A DNA stretch of 64,000 bases from Octopus bimaculoides (Eukaryota). Of this stretch, positions 48,866 to 60,249 are shown one piece after another. The DNA is taken from the NCBI RefSeq assembly GCF_001194135.2, contig NC_068981.1, positions 105,233,787 to 105,297,786 of the forward strand. Direction: 5' to 3'. Below the pieces are notes generated by a model. It did not search any database. It saw nothing but the letters and a program-made list of their open reading frames with translations, and was not told where the DNA came from. Each line of letters starts with the position of its first letter. Positions within the stretch are counted from its first letter, which is position 1. The position numbers and the translations under genes are program-made.

Positions 48866-51800
48866 TAGCATATTCCTTCTCTTATATTTCCCCTCTTATA
48901 TAGGTCCAAATACTTATTCTATTCATTCTCAATAATTAGAAAGTTAGCTTAACTTTCATTTCTTTAATTCAAATTTCTATTATATCACCAAATAGGTTAT
49001 CAATTTTATAGGCTAGAAAATTTAAGTTCCATTGAGAAAGGGTTAGTTTTCAGTCAACAACATAAGACCAAGATGTTGTTTAACCTTGTATCAGCCCAGC
49101 TTCAGCAGATCAATGATCAAAGGCATTCTGACCATAATGATCATGTCAAACTACCATTATCTAGTATGTATTTTATTAAAAGAAAAAGAGTAGAGTGTGA
49201 TTTTAGAGAGATTTGACAACTATTTCAAATTAATCAAGTGGATGCTTAGAGTAGGAACTGGAAACGTTTTTTTAGTACCAGAGACAAATTTTCACATGAA
49301 CTATTGATGAGAAACATTACAAATATTTAATTGTACAAATTTATGGGTATGCAACTTATACTAAATTAATGTCATGTGGCTTTAATAGCTTTCCATTTTT
49401 CATATGTATCAATGAGTAGTTTCAAATTTGATTGCAGGTGAAATTTCGCTTGCTGACAAGGAATACCCTTTCTATGGCATAGAGACCCTCCCATTGGCTC
49501 ATGACCTTGTGTTAATTCCTGATTGTGACAGCTTCATTTCATATATTGTGATCTTTATGCCTTCTTCAAAAGTATGAGGATCGCAGAATCTCTAATTACT
49601 GACTTCCATCTTGAAAACCGAGGCCTTGTATCTTTATATGAAATCAATAATACAGATTAGACTTGATTTCTTTACTGGTGGTGTTTTTGTTTTGTGACCA
49701 AATTTGGGATAAGCTTTGTGTTTGTCCAAACTTTGAAGTTTGTATGACTCTTATTGAATTGATAGCCTCTACAGTTATATAACTAACACACATATTGGTT
49801 TCAAATTTTGGCACAAGGTCAGCAGTTTCAAGAAGGAAATAAGTCAATTCCATCAGCCCCAGTGCTCAGCTGATATCTATTTTATCGACTCTGTAGCAAG
49901 GCACCTATTTCTGTCTCTCTCTAACCTTTCATTTGATACCAGATCACCTCCTCCAACGGCTCCTCTATTATAGAAAGACACCTGTTTCTGCCTCTCTGTC
50001 TCTCTGTCACACTCTAAGATTTTATTCTCTGACACAAGTTCCCCTCCTCAAAAGCCCCTTCCCCTCTCATAATTCCTTGTCTTGTGAGTTATTTCATGAC
50101 CTTACTAATGCTGGTGCCATGTAAAAAGCATCCAGTCCACACTGTTAAGTGGTTGGCATTTGGAAGGGCATTCAGCTGTATAAATCATGCCAAAACTAAC
50201 CTTGCCTGTGCCAGTGCCACATAAAAAGCACTGAGTCCACTCTGCAGAGTGGTTGGTGTTAGGAAGGGCATCTAACCATAAAAACCCTGCCAAAACAGAC
50301 ACAGAAGCCTAGGGCACTCATATTAACAATATTTCTATCTATTACACATTTTCTTCACTCTTTGTAGCTGTAATCACGAAGCACTTATTTTATAAAATCA
50401 TGTGTTTAAGCTTACCTTTTATGCTGACTACACCTAGCTTTATCTCTGATCACCAGTCTACATTAAATATGTTATCCTTACAGGTGAGAATTCACACCCG
50501 TCATCCAAGCAGTAAATTCAGCGATGATTGTGCTAATATCAATCAAGTTTTATGCATCATATGAGAATTAAAATTTTCAAAAGTTTTCAAATAACTGAAC
50601 ATTTACAAATTGCATCATTATGGCAATCTTATCCAAATTTACAAAATAACACTCACTATTTCTACTGTATAAAAAGTTTGGTTTCCTTAATCCATATAAC
50701 CAATACTTGTTAGCATGTAAAAATCTCATTAAAGACTTACTATATCTTGCAAGAATGTGTTGCTTAAAAATTTGAAAATAAAAAAAATAATAATGAAGCA
50801 TATTGCATACAGTGCTCTGGTGTACTACAGCTCATCAGAAAAGATAGCCAAAAATGCATGTACAGTATATAGAATAATGCCTCAAAAGACAGCAAAGTGA
50901 ACAGTGAGTCAGTCATTAAAAAAAGAGGAACATTAGGTGTAATCTTTCATCTTTTATCTTTTACTTGTTTCAATCATTTACTTGCTTCAATCACTGCCTT
51001 GGTGTATTTTTGTCAAATGAATTGACCCCAATAATTCTTTTTTTTAAGCCTGGTACTTATTCTAACAGTAAATGCTCAGTAGTTAGTCTATGAAATTCTG
51101 GGGCGATTCTATATGAGGCAGAGGTGGTATCCACCAGTAACAGCAGTGATAGCAGCAGCAACACCATTAACATAAGGACACATGCATGGAAATATGTTGG
51201 AGCAACAGGGGTCCCCTTTAAGCTGTGATTTGGAGTTAGCAATCACACCTTGATGCAATGGCTAGAATAAAGAAGTTTTATTTTGGGGGATATATTCTAC
51301 TCTCACATTACCAGAAAACTGATTTCAGTTCACTGGGTGACATGGTGCATTATCTAAAAGAAGCAATGCTTTGTTGGAAAGAATTATGTCTGGCACTGTA
51401 CCTTTCTACAATAAGATAAAAAAAAAAGTTTATAATAAAAATCACTCTTCAGAAAGGCTTTTTGTCATTCATGCCTTCATTTTTGAAAGCTAGATTATAG
51501 GTAAGTTAAATTTTGAGTAACCCATGAAAGTAAGATTGTGGTTTTGATTCCTGGGTCAGGCAATGTGTTGTGTTCTTGAGCAAAACACTTCATTTAACAT
51601 TGCTCCATTCCACTCAGCTGGCAAAAGTGAGTAATCCTGCAATGGACTGGTGTCCTGTCCAGTGGGGGTAGAATATATATGCTACAGAGTCCAGGAAACC
51701 AGCATTATGAGCCTATGGTTCAGGAAGGACCTCTGATCATTTTGATATATTATATATATGTATACATACAGCAGGCTTCCACACAGTTTCTCTCTACTAA

Positions 51801-51893
51801 ATTTACTCACATGAAATATTTTGGTTGGATTATATAGTTATTGGTTTTACCCTTCTTTCTATATTCTGTAACTGTTGCAATATACTTTTCTAC

Positions 51894-52102
51894 TATAGGC
51901 ACAAGTCTTGAAATTTTGGGTGGGAGAAGGCCAGTCAATTAGATCAACTCCAGTACGCAACTGGAGCTTAATTTATCAACCCCAAAAGGATAAAAGGCAA
52001 AGTCGACTTTGGCAGAATTTGAACTCAAAATGTAAAGACAGATGAAATACTGCTAAGCATTTCACCCGATGTGCTGACGATTCTGCCAACTCACCGCCTT
52101 TA
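51894..52102 (-). mobile_element. SINE family B copy
   Basis: Same consensus as 1819-2024. Confidence 0.85.
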
Positions 52103-52377
52103 ACCATCACACTATAGAAACATTTCTCATGGCACCAGCCCACAATTTACAGATGCTTACATTTTTTATATCTTCCATGAATTTTTATGGGTTCAGCTAG
52201 TATAAAATAATGTGAATAAATATTGCATTTGACAGAATAATCTGAATGCTAAAAGGTTAAACACAGGCATGCCTACACTTATGAAAAATAAAAACAGATA
52301 TAAAAATCTATAATCTGTCTGGTTTCTGTGTCATTGTTAAGAAAATAGCTTTAAATTAAATATTAATGTGTACATAT

Positions 52378-52760
52378 AGGTAGAGCTGTGTGGTAAGAAG
52401 CTTGCTTCCCAACCACATGGTTCCATGTTCAGTCCCACTGTGTGGCACTGAAGCCTCAGGCTGATCAAAGCCATGTGAATGGATTTGGTAGAAAGTAACT
52501 GAAAAAGACTGTCATATATAAATATTCATGTATGTGTGTCTTTGAGTCTGTGTCCTCCATCACTGCTTGACAACTGATGCTACTGTGTTTACATCTCTGT
52601 AAACTAGCAGTTCAACAAAAAGAGTCCAATAGAATAAGTACCAGGCTTAAAGAAAACAAAAAAATTATTGGAGTCATCTCATTCAATTAAAAATTCTTCA
52701 AGGTGGGCCCCAGCATGGCCACAGTCTAATGACTAAAACAAATTAAAGATAAAAGATACG
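52378..52760 (+). mobile_element. SINE family A copy
   Basis: gctgtgtggtaagaagcttgcttcccaaccacatgg...cagcatggccacagtctaatgact. Confidence 0.8.
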
Positions 52761-52799
52761 GTCTACAGTGTAAAACTTAAAGATATTGTTTGTTTGCAG

Positions 52800-52865
52800 G
52801 TCTTCAATAATGATTGGTTATTGTCTGGCTGGTAGTGAATCATACTCTGGAATACTACATATAAA
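52800..52865 (+). CDS. Amino-acid permease exon 8 (SSIMIGYCLAGSESYSGILHI(K))
   Basis: tttgtttgcag|G TCT...ATA AA|gtgagt. 66 nt, phase 2-2. Confidence 0.9.
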
Positions 52866-52904
52866 GTGAGTATATTTTTCTTTGAGCTTTTTATAGGCCT
52901 CTAA

Positions 52905-53212
52905 GTGTGAAGGTGTGTAGCTTGGTGGTTAGGGGTATTTGGTTCACAACCGTAAGGTTGTGAGTTCAATTCCCAACAACATGTATCCTTGAGCAATGTT
53001 ACTCCAGATTTTGCTGGGTAAAATGAGTTTTACCTGTATTTCAAAGGACCAGCCTTGTCACATTCTGTGACAAGGCTGAATCTCCCTGAGAATCACATTA
53101 AATGTATGTTTGTTTGTGGAATGCTCAGCCACTTACGCATTAATTCCATGAGCAGGCTGTTCCATTGATAAAATCAGCTGGAACACTCGTTGTCATAACT
53201 GATGGAGTGTCT
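52905..53212 (+). mobile_element. SINE family C with tRNA-like head
   Basis: gtgtagcttggtggttagg...ttcacaa...gtgagttcaattccc head, followed by a body shared with 3213-3570. Confidence 0.75.
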
Positions 53213-53625
53213 GGTATTAGACTACAAAGTAAAATTTTAAAACTGCTAATCTTTTAATATTTTATTGGGTTCAACCACTGGTTTGAAGTCATGCTGCAGC
53301 ACTACTTTGCATCCAGTACTTATTTCAATCTGGTGTCTATTTTATCGATGTCTATTTGTTGAGCCACTAAGTGAAAGTAAAGAGGCATAACCTAAAAACA
53401 GCACTAGTTTTCAGACTAATGCAAGCATAAACACAGAAACACAAGCATGAACACACATACACACACACATACACACACATACATATATATAGATATAAAA
53501 AAAACATACACATATGCATACACATACACACACATACATATATACATACACATGCATACCTATACACACACATATATTTATATAACTGAAATGAGTTAAC
53601 CTATGAGAGATAAGTGTACTCAATG

Positions 53626-53951
53626 CTTCCGGGTTCAGTCCCACTGCGTGGCACTTTGGGCAAGTGTCTTCTACTATAGTCTCGGGTCGACCATAGCCTT
53701 GTGAGTGGATTTGGCAGACAGAAACTGAAAGAAGCCTGTCATATATATGTATATATATATGTGTGTTTGTCCCCCCAACATCGCTTGACAACCGATGCTG
53801 GTGTGTTTACATCCCCATAACTTAGCGGTTCGGCAAAAGAAACCGATAGAATAAGTACTAGGCTTACAAAGAATAAGTCCTGGGGTCGATTTGCTCGACT
53901 AAAGGCGGTGCTCCAGCATGGCCGCAGTCAAATGACTAAAACAAGTAAAAA
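53626..53951 (+). mobile_element. SINE family A copy (5'-truncated, low divergence)
   Basis: Near-consensus body and tail running into the gap. Confidence 0.9.
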
Positions 53952-54718
53952 NNNNNNNNNNNNNNNNNNNNNNNNNNNNNNNNNNNNNNNNNNNNNNNNN
54001 NNNNNNNNNNNNNNNNNNNNNNNNNNNNNNNNNNNNNNNNNNNNNNNNNNNNNNNNNNNNNNNNNNNNNNNNNNNNNNNNNNNNNNNNNNNNNNNNNNNN
54101 NNNNNNNNNNNNNNNNNNNNNNNNNNNNNNNNNNNNNNNNNNNNNNNNNNNNNNNNNNNNNNNNNNNNNNNNNNNNNNNNNNNNNNNNNNNNNNNNNNNN
54201 NNNNNNNNNNNNNNNNNNNNNNNNNNNNNNNNNNNNNNNNNNNNNNNNNNNNNNNNNNNNNNNNNNNNNNNNNNNNNNNNNNNNNNNNNNNNNNNNNNNN
54301 NNNNNNNNNNNNNNNNNNNNNNNNNNNNNNNNNNNNNNNNNNNNNNNNNNNNNNNNNNNNNNNNNNNNNNNNNNNNNNNNNNNNNNNNNNNNNNNNNNNN
54401 NNNNNNNNNNNNNNNNNNNNNNNNNNNNNNNNNNNNNNNNNNNNNNNNNNNNNNNNNNNNNNNNNNNNNNNNNNNNNNNNNNNNNNNNNNNNNNNNNNNN
54501 NNNNNNNNNNNNNNNNNNNNNNNNNNNNNNNNNNNNNNNNNNNNNNNNNNNNNNNNNNNNNNNNNNNNNNNNNNNNNNNNNNNNNNNNNNNNNNNNNNNN
54601 NNNNNNNNNNNNNNNNNNNNNNNNNNNNNNNNNNNNNNNNNNNNNNNNNNNNNNNNNNNNNNNNNNNNNNNNNNNNNNNNNNNNNNNNNNNNNNNNNNNN
54701 NNNNNNNNNNNNNNNNNN
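53952..54718. other. Assembly gap
   Basis: N run between two SINEs. Confidence 1.
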
Positions 54719-55022
54719 CGCCTGACTGGCTCCTGTAGGATTTTCGAGCGAGATCGTTGCCAGTGCCCCTGGACTGGCTTGTGCGGGTGGCACATAAAAG
54801 ACACCATTTCGAGCGTGGCCGTTTTCGTGCGGGTGACACGTAAAAGCACCCACTACACTCTCTGAGTGGTTGGCGTTAGGAAGGGCATCCAGCTGTAGAA
54901 ACTCTGCCAAATCAGACTGGAGCCTGGTGTTGCCATCCGGTTTCACCAGTCCTCAGTCAAATCGTCCAACCCATGCTAGCATGGAAAGCGGACGTTAAAC
55001 GATGATGATGATGATGATGATG
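54719..55022 (+). mobile_element. SINE family D copy ending in (GAT)n
   Basis: Reverse complement of 40770-41080. Confidence 0.85.
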
Positions 55023-55129
55023 TATATATATTTATATATATTGTCAGTAAATCATAAATCTGAAACAGAAGCACACTCTAAATTATAGAACAGAATAGTA
55101 TTTAGTAAAAGATAGTTACAGCTAGTTCA

Positions 55130-55192
55130 TAGGGTTACCCAGGGTTTTGCATCCATAAAGTGCTTAGCTTTACAATGTCTCATCAAACCCTA
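55130..55192 (-). ncRNA. Decayed hammerhead ribozyme at the 3' end of a Penelope-like element
   Basis: tagggt-TTGATGA-g(a)cat..taaag..cttta..atgc-AAAA-cc(ctg)gg-TA-acccta. Perfect 6-bp stem I; two core substitutions (C3U, G12A). Confidence 0.6.
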
Positions 55193-55339
55193 ATGGCTGG
55201 TGGCCTATAACCTCTCTTCAAAATTAAAGGAGAAAAAGTCTCACAGCTAGTTATTGAATACACACAAAGGAGAAAGGTCAAGTGCAAGGGATTGTCTGCT
55301 TTAGACTGCTATCTGGGATCCACTCAGGCAGCTTGCAGG

Positions 55340-56620
55340 TCCCAGGATTTCAGTAGGAATTACCTCAAATGTGAGCAGGGTCTGAAGACTACCATCCTGG
55401 AATTTAAGATGTTCTCTGGGTCAAGGGAATTCTTTAATATTCTCATCTGTTCTACCATGCATTGCTTGCAACACTTGCTCCCGTTGATGTAGGAACCTGA
55501 TTTTTCTAAGATTTTCTACATAATTACATGTAGAATCCATTTGTCCTTCAGGCACCACACATGGCTGGCCAAGGATGTGGCATGACATCTCTCCATGATC
55601 CTATGCAAGGATTTGTGGCTGGAGAGGCACTGCTTGAAGGTGTTTCTAGAACATACAATGTAATTTTGAATGCTGCTGTTGGAGTTGTTGCTTCTTTTGT
55701 TGTTGATGTTGCTACTTCTGCTGGTGTTGGTGTTGTTAATGCTGGCATAAGGGACATCATCGGTGGCAGAGTTGGTGTTGGCATTGTTGTTGACATTTTT
55801 GGTGTCTCTGTTGATGCTACTATAGCCATCATTGTTGTTGAAGCTGTTATCAGTGCTATAGAGGTGGTTGTTATTATCATTATTAGCTTTATCATTAACA
55901 ATGGTGCTGCTGCTATTTCTGCTAAAGTTGCTGCTCTTGCTATTATCACTACCATTCCTGCTATTGCTGTAGATGGTGTAAAAGCTGCTGCTGCCATTAG
56001 GGTCAGATACCACCTCAGCCTCATAAACAACCCCCTTGGTTTCGCATTGGCCTCCCACTGAGCATCTGCTGTAGTCCCTGCAAGAGTATCCTGCCTCCAC
56101 TTGTGGCCTAGGAGTGTTAACTAAAATACTCTTAATACTGGGTATTCAAATAAAAGAGACTGTTAGGTTGTGTCTGTTGAAAAAGCATCCATACCTATGT
56201 GATTGTGTAAAGTGCTTATCTACTAGCCTAAGGAATATCCTACCTACATATGATTTTCCATTGAGGAAGAAGGGAGGGGAGAAACCAAATGATATTTTGC
56301 TGGTGCTTCCTTCTGTGGATGTTAGGGCCTGGCATGTAGGAGATGCAGTCCCTAAACCCACTAGCAGTTAGGACCTCATTATAATAGGGGTCTACTGTGT
56401 TGAAAATATTTTGGCTAGAGGACAGGTTTAAGATCCCCTTGCTGACACCCTTCACCAGGTTTCTGAACACAACGATGGGTGGCAGGAAGCTGTGTTGATA
56501 TATGCCAGCCTTTCATTTGGTTTACGGTAGGGCCTGTATGTACCAGAGCCCAAGTCTAAGAAGTTCATGGTGGTGAGGTTGATCTCAATTGTAATTATCA
56601 GTCCCATGGACTAAGGGTGC
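55340..56620 (-). mobile_element. Penelope-like element 3' part (RT C-terminus, GIY-YIG with low-complexity insert)
   Basis: FRNLVKGVSK.ILNLSSSQNIFNTVDPYYNEVLTASGF; NIIWF.P; C..GGQCETKGVVYEAEV...YIVCSRNTFKQ...TSLASHVWCLKD; CKQCMVEQMRILK..DPENILNSR. Confidence 0.8.
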
Positions 56621-56958
56621 TAATCAGATCTTTTCTAATCTTATCTAGGGTGTGCCCATTAGTCCCTCTATAGATAGCCAGGGCATCATCTCTGTAGATA
56701 CCAAAAAGGACAGAGGGGAATTTCTTCTGTACGAAAAAGTGGAAAATGTGGATTTCTATAAACTTTTAAAAAGGCTTCACACAGACACACATCTTCAGCT
56801 TTATATATTAAGATTACATTGCATCTTACCATCGTAGTACAGTTAGAAATGCCAGGATATTGAAACCATGATATCAAAATTATGTCAAAAATATACTTCA
56901 GAATATTACAAATTACATACTTTTCTTCTTTTGATTTTAATTTTAAATCTATTTGTAG

Positions 56959-57082
56959 GAAAGTTTATATTATGCCTGTCTATGTCTGTGTTCTTTCATC
57001 ACTTATAATATTTGCACTCCATTTGATTCAACCAATTATATCATTGCTCACCCTCTTCAAGGGTTTGGCATTTGTTTTAACT
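56959..57082 (+). CDS. Amino-acid permease exon 9 (KVYIMPVYVCVLSSLIIFALHLIQPIISLLTLFKGLAFVLT)
   Basis: ctatttgtag|G AAA...ACT|gtaagt. 124 nt, phase 2-0; two hydrophobic helices. Confidence 0.9.
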
Positions 57083-57260
57083 GTAAGTATAATTTTATTT
57101 ATTTATTTATTTTGTCAATTGTTTCATTTTATTCATGTGCATGCGTGTGTGTCCACTCTTGTTTCACAACATAAGGAACAATACTAAAATGATCTCACTG
57201 CTACTTCCAACAAATATAGGTTTCCATCTTTCATATTCATTTCTTCAACATCATGCAAAA

Positions 57261-57291
<31 letters not shown>

Positions 57292-57347
57292 AAATACACT
57301 TTAATTGAAATTAAGTTTCCCCAAAATTAAACATATCTAATGTAACA

Positions 57348-58030
57348 AATGTGAATGTCAGTGTGTCACACTTTTCAACTTTAATAAATCCTTTCTACTG
57401 GAAGCACAAGGCCTCAAGTTTTGGGGGAAGGGATTAATTCAATTACATCGATCCCAGTAGATAACTGGTACTAATTTTATCAACCCCGAAAGGATGAAAG
57501 GCAAAGTCAACCTCAGTGGAATTCAAACTCAAAACCTAACAATTCTGCCAGTCACCACCTTAATACAATATAATAATATAATATGATATAATATGATAAA
57601 TGTGAATGTCAATGTGTCACATTTTTTCAACTTTACTCTCTCTCTTTTACCTGTTTCAGTAAATTGACTGTGGCTATGCTGGAGCACCGCCTTTAGTCGA
57701 GCAAATCGACCCCNNNNNNNNNNCAGCATGCCACACTTTTCAACTTTAATAAATCCTTTCTACTGGAAGCACAAAACCTTAAATTATGGGGGAAAGGAAT
57801 AAGTTGACTACATAGACCCCAGTACATAACCAGTACTAGTTATATCAACCCCGAAAGGATGAAAGGCAAAGTTGACCTTGGTAGAATCTGAACTCAAAAA
57901 CTAATGGCAGATAAAATACTGCTAAGCATTTCACCCAGCATGCTAACAATTCTGCCAGCTCACCACCTTATAATATAAAAATATAATAAATGTGAATGTC
58001 AGTGTGTTACACTTTTTTAACCTTACTCCT
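57348..58030. repeat. Locally duplicated unit (family-B SINE plus flanking ~37-bp repeat) across a 10-N gap
   Basis: aaatgtgaatgtcagtgtgtcacacttttcaacttta recurs at ~57348, ~57598, ~57731 (partial) and ~57988, bracketing two SINE copies. Confidence 0.8.
57714..57723. other. Assembly gap
   Basis: 10-N run. Confidence 1.
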
Positions 58031-58065
58031 AGAGGTCATAGCCCAACATATACCATTTCAGAATC

Positions 58066-58345
58066 AGGCTGACTCCGTGAGTAAATTATAATTATCCTGG
58101 GTCGAATCCAGACCCACACCCTGAAATTTTGGATTCCCAAGTTTTCATTTGTGTGATTGTTTACAGCAATTTTTTTACGTGACTTTTTGTATAATATCAA
58201 TTTTTATAATCTAAAGGCTAACTCCATAAGTAAATTAAAAACCATTCTGGGCTGAATCCAGACCTACAATCCTGAAATTTTGGATTCCTATTTTCATTAT
58301 TGCAACTGTTTTCAGTGATTTTTTTAACATAATTTTTTTGCAGTG
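58066..58345. repeat. Diverged ~150-bp tandem duplication
   Basis: gaatccagacc at 58104 and 58254; cctgaaattttggattcc in both units. Confidence 0.8.
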
Positions 58346-58860
58346 AATATGATCATCATTGGGATATGACTCTGGAGAAAGCAATTGCAGCAAATTCTGC
58401 AAAACAAGTCAGAGATCTGTTTGCAGATCTTCCCATTCAGGGTCAGTTGCTTAAAAGCTATATACTAGCTTAAAAGCCATCCAATAGGGCAGTTTTTAAG
58501 CTAGTATAAGAATATTACTCTAAAATAATTTAAAGCTGAGGTTATATCATCCTCAGAATTAGTTGGGTCTTTCATTCAGCTTTAATCCAGTTTGACAATA
58601 TAAAACTCTCTAAGAGAGAATGTATGATTTTGTCTACATCAAAACTGATCAAAACCTACTTGTACTGAAAACATAAACCTTCAGTTTTCAACTGAACATG
58701 TTGTACCTCTCTTAATTGTAATAATCTTAAAATTATTTGAAAGCTATATTAAATATATACTGTTATAAATAACAACATCATTCATAAGCTCTGTGTTGAG
58801 TTGTGCAATCTTTCTCATTCACTTATTGTCAAATATGCTCTATTTGACCATTTTATTCCC

Positions 58861-58900
58861 ATCTAAAAAGTCACTCATGGATCTAAAAAGTCACTCATGG
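58861..58900. repeat. Perfect 20-bp tandem duplication
   Basis: atctaaaaagtcactcatgg x2. Confidence 0.95.
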
Positions 58901-59227
58901 TTTTTTTTCTTTTCTTTTACTCTATGGATTATAGCCCCAGCAACATTCTGCTGGAAAACAATTACTTTTCATAAGGTTATGGCTGAGGTTAAAGTGTTCT
59001 ATCACATTCAGGTTTTACAGCAACCGTTGAGCTTGTTTGCCTGATCAAGGAACATAACTCAGTTTATATACATTGTACTCCTACTTTGTGGTTGATTGGG
59101 CTTGAGTAGGAAAGATATCCAACAGTAAAAGTAATTTTGCTCAACCAAATAAATGATACCAAACATGCAAACATAAAGAAATAAATTCAAAACAGTTTCA
59201 CAAAAAACCTCTTATTTCTTTTTCCAG

Positions 59228-59327
59228 GTGATAATAACTTGCATTATTGGCTTCAAAATCCAAGAGAATGTTATTGATGACTACAACTATATTGGCAATT
59301 CTTTCCTCATGGGAACTGTAGCATTGG
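59228..59327 (+). CDS. Amino-acid permease exon 10 (VIITCIIGFKIQENVIDDYNYIGNSFLMGTVAL(G)); gene continues beyond the window
   Basis: tttttccag|GTG...TTG G|gtaggc. 100 nt, phase 0-1. Confidence 0.9.
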
Positions 59328-60249
59328 GTAGGCATGGTCTATTATATTCTTAATCAATACATATTATGCATCTAACTACTATTTATTTATTATTCACATT
59401 CTCAGTTGTTTTGTTTTTTTCATGTACCTGGTTGCTACACACAATAACAATGTATGTATATACAATGTTTCAAATTCTCACACACTTTGTTGTTATATGC
59501 ATTCTTGTTAAGCACTTAGTTGTCATGGTGCAAAGAGTTATGTACCTCATAATCATAAACTACATACCATTTAGTAAATTGCTATATAAAAGACCCCTTT
59601 GGTTATAAATGACCATGGGATTGCACCTAGAAAGTTGCCTTCCGAGATACAAGTCCAAGCAAGGTTGTTTTTATGGAAGACCTACAGTCACCCTTGCATA
59701 CCAGCTTCCACACCACCAATGTTATCCAAGGGAAAAGCAAAGGCCAATACAGCTTGGTACCAGTGACGTTGCAACTCATTTCTACAGCTGAGTGAACTGG
59801 AGCAACATGAAATAAAGTGTCTTGCTCAAGAGCACAACATACAGAACAGTCCAGGAATTGAACTCACTATCTGATGATAGTGAGCCTGTATGTGTTTATT
59901 TGCTATATAACAATAGTTACATGTACTTGGTTGTTAAGTGTCCAACCATTACAGTACTGAAATATATACCAAGTAGCCATGTTGATATGCCTAGGGTTTT
60001 ATGCAAATACATTTTCCTTATGGCAGTTATTACATAAATCACCTTTTTATTGGATTTTTTTGGTGTGGAAGAAGAGCCCATGACATTCACAAGCCCTCCA
60101 AGGTCATGGAGAACAATATGGTTGATGTTCCTCTTGAACAGTCACAAGTTAACTATTTTGGGGAAAATATAGCCAAGGAGGGAATTCCAGAAGGTTGATG
60201 TTCTGTGGGAAAAGGAATAGGTGTAGTGAATAATGTGGGTGGATAAACG

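Noticed and set aside
50484-50560. Acceptor-like ccttacag|gtgag
   Set aside because: The required phase-2 frame hits TGA immediately and there is no matching donor.
52913-52975. tRNA-Val-like sequence (CAC anticodon loop)
   Set aside because: There is no proper acceptor stem and it continues into a SINE body, so it is a SINE head.
55548-56061. Overlapping long ORFs on both strands (Ala/Thr-rich and Val/Ala-rich)
   Set aside because: They are alternative frames of the stop-poor triplet-derived insert in the Penelope element, not independent genes.
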